Assembly: GCA_036170975.1 (NCBI GenBank)
Contig: JAVHQE010000064.1
Location: 1 to 52,641, forward strand
Origin: Minisyncoccota bacterium
GTDB lineage: Bacteria > Patescibacteriota > Minisyncoccia > Phycocordibacterales > UBA1550
DNA: 52,641 nt
Direction: 5' to 3'
The position numbers were made by a program, and so were the translations under genes. Position 1 is the first letter of the stretch; each line of letters opens with the position of its first letter. Shown here piece by piece: positions 25,082 to 33,032 of this stretch. The notes beneath the pieces were generated by a model. It was not told the origin of the DNA, ran no database searches, and saw only the letters and a list, made by a program, of their open reading frames with translations.

Positions 25082-26776
25082 ATGGACTATCAAATAAAAT
25101 TACTAGCAATTGCTACTGCGGTAAATATTTTTTTTAGTTTTTTTGTATCGCGACAGGAAAGAACTCCTGCAAATATTTTATTCGCGTTGTTTACCTTGTT
25201 GATTGGCCTGTGGTCCTTTGCCGTTGGCTTTTTTATTTATACAACAAATTGGGAATTAGTATTAATTACTGCCAATCTTTTTTATTTGGCGCCCCCTTTA
25301 ATTGCAACGGTCTTTCTTTACTTCTCCATTATTTTTACAGGAGGATCCTTTAAGAAAAAGTATTATTTAAATTTACTTCCATTTTTTATTCTTATTGGTA
25401 TTTTTATCTTTGATCCACACTTTCTTCTTGATAGTATTTATTCCGTAGATTATGGAACGTATAAGGATGTTGTGGTTAATAAAGCACACTACTTGTACTA
25501 CTCTGCTTATATTTTTTCCTACATAATTGCTTCTTATGTTGTTCTCTTGAGTGCGAAAAGAACGATTTTTGGAAAGAGAATTGAAAAACAGCTGGATATT
25601 TTAATTGTGGGGACATTCACTTCTTATGTTTTAGCGACTGTTTTTAATCTCGCTCTCCCCTTTACGGGGAACTACCAACTAATCGCTTTTGGGCCATTAT
25701 TTACACTTATCATGGTTTTTTCGATTGCCTATGCGATTTTTAAGTATCATCTTTTCAATGTACGGCTTATCCTTGTTGAAATGTTACTTATCTTACTTAA
25801 CTTATTCTTGTTCCTAAATATCTTCACTTCGTATGCTCAAATAGATTTTGTATTGAATATTTCAGTTTTGATTGCCGTATTTATCTTAAGTTTCCTCCTC
25901 CTCCGGGGTATCTATAAAGACATTGACGATCAAGAAAAAATTGCAGTGCTTGCTCAAAATATGTCCAGTGCAAATGATCGGTTGCGTACCATGGAAGAGC
26001 AAAAAACCGAATTTGTTTCGATTGCCTCACATCAACTACGCACACCCCTGACGGTTATCAAGGGTTATGCGTCAATGATCCTTGAGGGAACTTTTGGTGC
26101 AACAAGTCCTACTGTTCGTGAAGCCGTCGAGAATCTATACAAATCAAGCGAAAAGATTGTTGCCCTTGTCGAGGATCTTTTAACGGTGTCGCGTATCGAA
26201 CAGGGACGTATCACACTTATTTTTGAAAAGGTGAACTTGGTTAATTTTGCACAAGATGTTATTTCAGAGATGGTTACAGAAATAAGAGAAGCGGGCATTG
26301 ACATGGCCTTTAATGCTGAAGGGAATAAACAATTTTTTGTAAACTTAGACCCAATAAAATTCAGACAGGCCTTAAGGCATATTCTTGATAACGCTATCAA
26401 GTACACTCCAGAAGGAGGAAGAATACGAGTCTCTATTTTTCGAGAAAATCTCTCTGGGAAGGCGCACATCGCTATTTCTGACACGGGGATAGGTATGAGC
26501 CAAGAGCAATTAAAATCGATTTTTGAAGGCTTTAATCTGAAGGCAGAAATGAGCAATCAAAAATCTGTTGAAGTGAGCAGGGAAGCAAATGATGATGTTG
26601 AGCAAATACTCGCACGTTCTTCTGTATCTAAAAATAATACGATGGGAATTGGACTCTATATTGCCGAAGAGATTATTGATGCTCATCGTGGAACCCTGAG
26701 TATTGAATCTGCGGGAACAGGTACAGGTACGACGGTAATAATAAATCTACCTTGTGCACAAGAAAAAGAAAATTAA
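25082..26776 (+). CDS. sensor histidine kinase with an N-terminal multi-TM (7TM-type) sensor domain
   Basis: About 7 TM helices, H-box SIASHQLRTPLTVIKGY, N-box LDNAIKYTP, G1 DTGIGM, G2 GIGLYIA. The ATP lid is about 23 aa longer than in the paralog. Confidence 0.85.
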   Translation: MDYQIKLLAIATAVNIFFSFFVSRQERTPANILFALFTLLIGLWSFAVGFFIYTTNWELVLITANLFYLAPPLIATVFLYFSIIFTGGSFKKKYYLNLLPFFILIGIFIFDPHFLLDSIYSVDYGTYKDVVVNKAHYLYYSAYIFSYIIASYVVLLSAKRTIFGKRIEKQLDILIVGTFTSYVLATVFNLALPFTGNYQLIAFGPLFTLIMVFSIAYAIFKYHLFNVRLILVEMLLILLNLFLFLNIFTSYAQIDFVLNISVLIAVFILSFLLLRGIYKDIDDQEKIAVLAQNMSSANDRLRTMEEQKTEFVSIASHQLRTPLTVIKGYASMILEGTFGATSPTVREAVENLYKSSEKIVALVEDLLTVSRIEQGRITLIFEKVNLVNFAQDVISEMVTEIREAGIDMAFNAEGNKQFFVNLDPIKFRQALRHILDNAIKYTPEGGRIRVSIFRENLSGKAHIAISDTGIGMSQEQLKSIFEGFNLKAEMSNQKSVEVSREANDDVEQILARSSVSKNNTMGIGLYIAEEIIDAHRGTLSIESAGTGTGTTVIINLPCAQEKEN

Positions 26777-26836
26777 GCAGATTAGTTTTTCGATATCTTT
26801 TTAAAATTTTAGTGGTGGGTATGATACAATATTGAT

Positions 26837-28495
26837 ATGAATGTTTCGACACTTGATATTATTCACAACATATCGTTTGTAGGATGGGCGGTTGTTCTCA
26901 TAAGCTTTTTGCTCACTCTTTTTTCAGGGATTATTTTTTGGCAAGATGTAACAAAACGAAGTAATCGTTTTTTCTTTTTCTTTGGGGCAATCATCGGTGT
27001 GTGGGGTCTTGCGTACGCTTTTTTTGAGGGAACGTTGGGTACCCCTCTTGTACACCAGTCAATTATTGTGCTCTATCTAGTGTCGGGACTCGTTCCTCTT
27101 TTTACCTTTATCTATCTCTATGTTTTTTCTACAGAAAAAACCCCTTTTTCTTTTTGGAAATTTGTAGGACTCTTTAGTTCTTATTTGACTATTTCTGCGA
27201 CATTAATTCTTCCCGACTTTGTTGTTGGGTATCAAGACGCTTTAGGTGGCGAAGCGGGAAGAATAATTTTTGGGAAGGGATACTTACTTTACGCTATGTA
27301 TGTCTGTGGTTTTCTTGTTGCGGGGGTCTATATCCTTGTGCAGAAATATCGAGAAAGCGCGGGGATTTTTAAGATTGTTATTCGCGATCTTCTTATCGCG
27401 CTCTCCTTTGGTTTTCTGGTTGTCGTTTCTATAGAGGTTCTTTTCCCTTTGTTAAGTGGCGGAAGTAATTTATTTTGGGTTGGGCATCTAAGTGTCGTTA
27501 CTTTTGGAATTACTACTTCAGTTATTCTTGCGCGGTACAATTTTTGGAGTATTAAAGTAGTAATGACTGAGTTTTTTATTTCGATCGTCATTTTTATTTT
27601 AATAATAGAACTTTTTCTTGCAAACTCTATTCTTGATTTGTTTATAAAGACAGCCATCCTGTTGTTCATTGTTCTTTCGAGTTCATTTTTGGCAGGAAGT
27701 CTTCAGCGTGAGATTGAATCAAAAGAAAAGATTACGAGGCTTTTGCGTGACCTTGAGTTTCTTTCAAAACAGTTCAAGATTCTTGATAGGAAAAAATCAG
27801 AATTTCTTGCAATCTCATCTCATCATTTACGGGACCCGCTCACCGCAATTAACGGGTATGCTTCTATGCTCATGGAGGGGTCTTTTGGTGAGATCTCGCC
27901 CGCCCTCCACAGTGCTCTTGAAAAAATTTTTGAATCAAGCAAGCGCTTGATAACCATGGTGTCTGATTTTCTTGATATTTCACGTATTGAGAGTGGGCAT
28001 ATGAAGTATAATTTTGAAGAAGTTGATATGAAGAAAATAGTGGTTGAGGTTGGTGATGAAATGAAATTAAACGCTCAGCATGCGGGGCTTGTTTTCAACA
28101 TGGATATCAAAGAAGGGGAATATGGGAAAGAGACATTTTTTACCATAGGGGATGCTGGCAAGTTAAGGCAAGTTATTTCGAACCTTATTGATAATTCAAT
28201 AAAATATACACCTCATGGAGAAGTCATGATATCTCTAGAGAAAAGCGCTGATAGAAAGAAAATTATTTTTAGTATCACTGATACGGGAATCGGGATGAGC
28301 AAAGAAACTATTGGAAAGATTTTTAAAAAATTTAGTCGTGCGGATGGGGTGAGCAAACTTTACACGGAAGGCACTGGGCTTGGGCTCTACGTGGCAAAAG
28401 AAATTATGAAAAAACACGAAGGGCGTATCTGGGCAGATTCAAAAGGTGAGGGCGTTGGGTCATCTTTTCACCTTGAGTTGGAGGTAAAGTTATAA
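26837..28495 (+). CDS. sensor histidine kinase, paralog of the upstream gene
   Basis: Multi-TM N-terminus, H-box AISSHHLRDPLTAINGY, N-box IDNSIKYTP, G1 DTGIGM, G2 GTGLGLYVA. Confidence 0.85.
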   Translation: MNVSTLDIIHNISFVGWAVVLISFLLTLFSGIIFWQDVTKRSNRFFFFFGAIIGVWGLAYAFFEGTLGTPLVHQSIIVLYLVSGLVPLFTFIYLYVFSTEKTPFSFWKFVGLFSSYLTISATLILPDFVVGYQDALGGEAGRIIFGKGYLLYAMYVCGFLVAGVYILVQKYRESAGIFKIVIRDLLIALSFGFLVVVSIEVLFPLLSGGSNLFWVGHLSVVTFGITTSVILARYNFWSIKVVMTEFFISIVIFILIIELFLANSILDLFIKTAILLFIVLSSSFLAGSLQREIESKEKITRLLRDLEFLSKQFKILDRKKSEFLAISSHHLRDPLTAINGYASMLMEGSFGEISPALHSALEKIFESSKRLITMVSDFLDISRIESGHMKYNFEEVDMKKIVVEVGDEMKLNAQHAGLVFNMDIKEGEYGKETFFTIGDAGKLRQVISNLIDNSIKYTPHGEVMISLEKSADRKKIIFSITDTGIGMSKETIGKIFKKFSRADGVSKLYTEGTGLGLYVAKEIMKKHEGRIWADSKGEGVGSSFHLELEVKL

Positions 28496-28610
28496 AATAG
28501 GGGAGGGTATACTGATATAGACAAAATATGTTTTAAACGCTAGTCTTTTTTTGGAAAAGGCCCTTTAAAAAGGTTTTTTTAGTTCATTCACAACACTCTA
28601 GGGGCATATC

Positions 28611-29612
28611 ATGCATACCACTGAAACAATCCTTTCGGGCATTCGTGCTACAGGAAGGCTCCATTTTGGAAACTTCCTTGGCGCAGTTCAAAACTTCGTT
28701 AAATTCCAGCAACCCGGGAATACGTGTCTTTACTTCATCGCAGATTGGCATACCCTGACCACCCTTCAGAACCCTGAAGAGCTTCGGGGAAACCTGATCG
28801 AGATAGTGAAGGACTACATTGCCGCGGGTCTCGACCCAGAGCAGTCGACTATCTACGCTCAATCAAGTGTTCCGGAAATTTCGGAGCTTTGTTTGTACTT
28901 GAGTATGATTCAACCACTCGGAGACCTGGAGAGAATCCCAACGTTCAAGGATCTTATCCGTAAGAACCCTGACAATGTGAATTTAGGAATCGTCACATAC
29001 CCAGTTCTTATGGCGGCTGACATCTTAGGGCCGAAGGCGACATTTGTTCCAGTTGGTGAAGATCAGGTTCCAAATGTTGAACTTGCACGGGCCTTGGCTC
29101 ACAAGTTTAATAGTCGTTTTGGGGAAACGTTTATTATCCCCAACATGATGCAGCAAATGATTCGGGTGCCTGGTCTCGACGGAAGCAAGATGGGAAAGTC
29201 GGAATCGGATAATGCAATTGATATAAATTCCCCGATTTCTGTAATCAGGGAGCGTTATCTCAAAAAGGGGGTTACGGATATAGAGCGTAAACGCGCTTCG
29301 GATCCGGGTGACCCCTATGGTCGTTGTCAATCTGTGTACCCCGTACACGAGTTGGTTACGGCTGGCGAAACCGAAACACGAACTATTGCGAATGCTTGTC
29401 GCACCGCTCAGATAGGGTGCAAAGAATGTAAACATCGACTTGTAGACGGCATCGCCAAGATATTGGAACCGTTCCAAGCAGCACGCGCTGAACTTTCTGA
29501 AAAGGATGACTATATCGAAGAAATCCTCCATGAAGGTGGCAAAAAAGCACGTGTGATGATTTGCGAAACAACTATGGATGTCCGCGAGAAAATGGGCATC
29601 GTTATCTATTAA
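28611..29612 (+). CDS. trpS: tryptophan--tRNA ligase, paralog 1, with a Cys4 (4Fe-4S-type) motif
   Basis: HFGN (HIGH-like), KMGKS (KMSKS-like), and C-x23-C-x6-C-x2-C (GRCQSV...NACRTAQIGCKECK). The coding sequence is GC-rich. Confidence 0.85.
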   Translation: MHTTETILSGIRATGRLHFGNFLGAVQNFVKFQQPGNTCLYFIADWHTLTTLQNPEELRGNLIEIVKDYIAAGLDPEQSTIYAQSSVPEISELCLYLSMIQPLGDLERIPTFKDLIRKNPDNVNLGIVTYPVLMAADILGPKATFVPVGEDQVPNVELARALAHKFNSRFGETFIIPNMMQQMIRVPGLDGSKMGKSESDNAIDINSPISVIRERYLKKGVTDIERKRASDPGDPYGRCQSVYPVHELVTAGETETRTIANACRTAQIGCKECKHRLVDGIAKILEPFQAARAELSEKDDYIEEILHEGGKKARVMICETTMDVREKMGIVIY

Positions 29613-29637
29613 CTCAAATAAGTGAAAGGAGAATGTT

Positions 29638-30828
29638 ATGGAACAACAGCTCTTAAAATCCGAGAACCTTGATCTCAAGGAACTCGGGAAGCGTCTTTAT
29701 GGTGTGGATATGCTCATCGTTGCATTATTGAAGCGTCGGATGGATCTGGCTCTTCAAGTAGGCGAGTACAAGATCGAAAAAGGACAAAAGATTTTTCGCG
29801 CAAGCGTTGAGTCGAAACGACTAGCTCAGGTACGAGCTGAGGCACGCAGGTGCAAGTTAAGCCCGCATTTTGCCGCATCAATCTTGTATCAGGCTATCGA
29901 TGAGTCCTGTAAGCAGCAAATGATTCAATTGCAGAATGCAGCTACCTGCCGTCGCAAACGTCCAAAGACTGAAGACGATTGGTACCGCTTACTGAAAAAG
30001 AATTTGTTGCTTTTAGCAAAGCGGTGGGCTTATTCTTACGACGAGGACTATGACAAAGCTTTCTTCGCGACACACACCTATCTCGAGTTTGAGGAAGAAA
30101 TTCTTAAGCAAGAAATAAAGCAGGTTGCCAGAAATGGGCTTGCTTTGGATCTAGGGTGTGCGACGGGCAGGTTAGCCGTAAAGCTCACGTCTTCGTTTGA
30201 CCAGGTCGTCGGCTACGACATAAGCCCTCACATGGTAAAGAAGGCTAATGAAAAGACGGGCGAATTTCCAAATCTTTCTTTTGTCGAAGCTGACATAGAA
30301 AATGGAATTCCTCTGCCAGATAATTCGGTGTCGTTGGTGGTCATGAATCTTGGGACTGCGAGTGACATTCGTGATATTTCTGGAGTTCTCAAAGAAGTTG
30401 AGCGTGTTCTCGAGACAGGCGGAAGATTTTTCTTTTCGTTCTACAATCGGGATGGGCTCTTGTATCAGTGGGACTTTGTTCCTTGGCCAGTTGGGCTTGC
30501 TGCTGAAATTAATGTTCATAAGCATTGCTTGGATGTCCATGTGGGCGCAAAGGTTTTATCTGTGTACGCACGTCCGTATAGCGTTAAAGAAGTAGAAAGT
30601 TTGTTCTCGTCGTCGATGAAGGTTTTAAAAGTTCTGACACATCCAACGATTAGTTCAATTCTTCCGCATACTTTGTTTGAGGGGAAGCCAGCTATTCAGA
30701 AGTCGATGGTAGATATCGATCGCCAGCTTTCAATAGCGAGTCATGGTGCATACATTTTGGACACGATTGTCGGGTGGGCCAGCCGTTGTTTTGGTTTATG
30801 TGCGAAATCGATGAGTGTGCGTGCATAA
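29638..30828 (+). CDS. fusion of a chorismate mutase type II (AroQ) domain and a class I SAM-dependent methyltransferase domain
   Basis: N-terminus LGKRLYGVDMLIVALLKRRMDLALQVGEYK...FRASVESKRL is AroQ-like. Later ALDLGCATGRLAVKL (motif I) and VVMNLGT, GGRFFFSF. AGGAGA SD-like sequence upstream. Confidence 0.7.
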   Translation: MEQQLLKSENLDLKELGKRLYGVDMLIVALLKRRMDLALQVGEYKIEKGQKIFRASVESKRLAQVRAEARRCKLSPHFAASILYQAIDESCKQQMIQLQNAATCRRKRPKTEDDWYRLLKKNLLLLAKRWAYSYDEDYDKAFFATHTYLEFEEEILKQEIKQVARNGLALDLGCATGRLAVKLTSSFDQVVGYDISPHMVKKANEKTGEFPNLSFVEADIENGIPLPDNSVSLVVMNLGTASDIRDISGVLKEVERVLETGGRFFFSFYNRDGLLYQWDFVPWPVGLAAEINVHKHCLDVHVGAKVLSVYARPYSVKEVESLFSSSMKVLKVLTHPTISSILPHTLFEGKPAIQKSMVDIDRQLSIASHGAYILDTIVGWASRCFGLCAKSMSVRA

Positions 30829-30914
30829 ACATGAGGATGATGTAGGTCTTCGAAACTCAGGCTTGTGTAAGGCTTGGGTTTCTTTTTATAAACGGGTATC
30901 ATGTAGTAAATACT

Positions 30915-31721
30915 ATGAAGATAGAATACGATAAACAAGTTCAGGGAGGTGGTGGTGAAAATATCCTAGTTATTGGGTGTGTTCACGGAGATGAATTGAT
31001 TGGAGAGAAAGTAATCAAGGAACTTCGTAAACTCACTGTTCAAAATGGGACGTTAGTGACTGTGATTGCAAATACGCGCGCGATGAAAGAAGGCAAGCGG
31101 GTTATTGACCAAGACCTCAATCGGGTATTCCCAGGGAACCCGCAAGGAAACCACGAGGAACAGTTGGCGCACTCGCTAATCCCGTTATTAAAAGAAGTTG
31201 ATATTGTTTTGGATATTCACTCGACGACAACAGACACCACTTCAGCAATTATTCTTACAAAAGTAAATCAATCTATCAAGCAACTGCTTTTAGTTTTTAA
31301 TCCCAAGAAGGTTGTTGTGATGGAAAAGAAAGTTGGAAAAACTGCGCTTACTGGGTTTTGTAAAGCAGGTATTTCTTTTGAGTACGGTAAGGATAAAAGC
31401 GAGAAGGCATACAAAGAAACTCTTATGGATATCATAAAAATCCTTGAAGGATACGGAGTGATAAAAGGAAAGAAAAAAAAGATATCTAAACCTACACATA
31501 AAACAGAATATTTTGAGGTACTTGGTGTACTCGTTCGACCAAATGGTTTAAAACTTGAGAAAAAGATAAAAAACTTTTCACTTGTGCGAAAAGGGGAGGT
31601 TGTCGCTAGAGGTGGCGTGCATCTGCAAAAAGCACCACGCAATTTTTATCCACTTTTGTTTGGCCCCGTATCATATAAAGAGATTTGGGGTTTTATGGCA
31701 AAGAAAGTAAAGAGTATTTAA
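30915..31721 (+). CDS. succinylglutamate desuccinylase/aspartoacylase family (M14-like) metallohydrolase
   Basis: VIGCVHGDELIGEKV, DLNRVFPGN and LDIHST motifs, typical of the AstE/AspA family. Confidence 0.75.
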   Translation: MKIEYDKQVQGGGGENILVIGCVHGDELIGEKVIKELRKLTVQNGTLVTVIANTRAMKEGKRVIDQDLNRVFPGNPQGNHEEQLAHSLIPLLKEVDIVLDIHSTTTDTTSAIILTKVNQSIKQLLLVFNPKKVVVMEKKVGKTALTGFCKAGISFEYGKDKSEKAYKETLMDIIKILEGYGVIKGKKKKISKPTHKTEYFEVLGVLVRPNGLKLEKKIKNFSLVRKGEVVARGGVHLQKAPRNFYPLLFGPVSYKEIWGFMAKKVKSI

Positions 31722-31791
31722 TTAAAAGAACAAGTGTTTACGTACTACGAATTCCTTTTGAAAAAAGCTTGGTTTCTGGTAGTATAGGGGA

Positions 31792-32763
31792 ATGAAGAAA
31801 ACACTATTAGCGGGGATACAACCATCGGGAACTGTCCATATCGGTAATTATTTTGGTGCAATGCGCCAGTTTGCTGACCGTCAGGACGACTACCAGCAGT
31901 TTATTTTTATTGCAAACTATCATGCACTTACGAGTGTTTCTGACGGGGAAAAGCTTAAGAGACTTACTCTTGAAGTTGCGATGGATTATCTTGCTATTGG
32001 TGTTGATCCAAAAAAGACCGCAATATTCATGCAGTCTGATGTTCCCGAGGTTACCGAGCTTGCGTGGATTTTCAATACTATTACTACAGTACCATACCTC
32101 GCACGCGCGACTGCGTTCAAAGATGCTGAGGTAAAAAACAAAGAAGTGAATGTCGGGCTTTTTGATTACCCTATTCTCATGGCGGCAGATATATTGATAT
32201 ACAGTGCTGACGTGGTTCCTGTAGGGCTTGATCAAAAGCAACATATTGAGATTGCACGTGACACAGCGCAAAAGTTCAATCGCGTGTTTGGCGACACGTT
32301 CAAGACTCCAGAACCAATGATTCTTGAAAATGTTAAAACTGTTCCTGGCACCGATGGTCGCAAAATGAGTAAAAGTTACGGAAACACAATTCCGCTTTTT
32401 GGAACTGATGAAGAAATCAGGAAGGCCGTAATGAGTATCCCCACAGATTCGAAGGGTGTCGAGGAGCCAAAAGACCCAAATGGTTGCAAGGTGTTTGCAA
32501 TGCACGAGCTTTTTCCTGGTGACGAGCTGGAAGCACTTCGCACACGTTATCTTGCAGGGGGTATTGGCTATAAGGAGTCAAAGGATTTATTGGTGGCAAA
32601 AATAATCAACTTTATTTCGCCGATGCGTACACGCCGTGAGGAGATTGCGCGTAATCCTGACGCTGTGCTAAAAATCTTGAAAGAGGGTGGGGAAGTGGCA
32701 CGTGCAGAAGCTCAAAAGAAGATGCAAGAAGTGCGAGAGAAAGTGGGGTTAACTTTAAAATAA
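31792..32763 (+). CDS. trpS: tryptophan--tRNA ligase, paralog 2 (housekeeping-like)
   Basis: GTVHIGNYFGA (HIGH), KMSKS, no Cys cluster. Base composition resembles the surrounding genes. Confidence 0.9.
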   Translation: MKKTLLAGIQPSGTVHIGNYFGAMRQFADRQDDYQQFIFIANYHALTSVSDGEKLKRLTLEVAMDYLAIGVDPKKTAIFMQSDVPEVTELAWIFNTITTVPYLARATAFKDAEVKNKEVNVGLFDYPILMAADILIYSADVVPVGLDQKQHIEIARDTAQKFNRVFGDTFKTPEPMILENVKTVPGTDGRKMSKSYGNTIPLFGTDEEIRKAVMSIPTDSKGVEEPKDPNGCKVFAMHELFPGDELEALRTRYLAGGIGYKESKDLLVAKIINFISPMRTRREEIARNPDAVLKILKEGGEVARAEAQKKMQEVREKVGLTLK

Positions 32764-32767
32764 CATT

Positions 32768-33025
32768 ATGAATTTTTTTGAAGAAGTAGCAAAAAATAAC
32801 GGAAAGCTTATCAATACAGAGCAAATTGCTTTTGAAATTGCTCAAGCAACACAAATGCAACTCATGAAGGACGCTGGCACGGATGTGGGAAGCTGGATTA
32901 CGGTAAACAGTGAACGGTTCCGCGCTCTTATGCAAGACCCAGGGCTTAATTTGGTTGAACGACTTGCAAACAGGGAAACACGTACTGAAGCGATGGAGGA
33001 AATAAAAAGCAAACTTTATAATTAA
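32768..33025 (+). CDS. hypothetical small protein (85 aa)
   Basis: ORF packed tightly between trpS (4-nt gap) and aspS (7-nt gap). No motif recognised. Confidence 0.5.
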   Translation: MNFFEEVAKNNGKLINTEQIAFEIAQATQMQLMKDAGTDVGSWITVNSERFRALMQDPGLNLVERLANRETRTEAMEEIKSKLYN

Positions 33026-33032
33026 TATTATT

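Noticed and set aside
28496-28610. T-box leaders upstream of the two trpS genes (also 31722-31791)
   Set aside because: The spacers are only about 115 nt and about 70 nt. That is far shorter than a T-box (about 200-300 nt), and no T-box sequence or specifier/antiterminator arrangement is visible.
29025-29678. 217-aa minus-strand ORF antisense to trpS paralog 1. Similar long antisense ORFs occur at 31807-32505, 23041-23652, 1488-2063, 16096-16542, 35105-35614, 49457-49939, 7596-8039 and 12274-12642.
   Set aside because: Each lies entirely within a confidently identified gene on the other strand. Their products are low-complexity or have biased composition with no motifs. They are typical shadow ORFs.
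28611-32763. The two trpS genes being an assembly duplication artefact
   Set aside because: The two sequences are strongly divergent at both the nucleotide and protein level. They differ in signature motifs, GC content and Cys content, and they are separated by unique genes.
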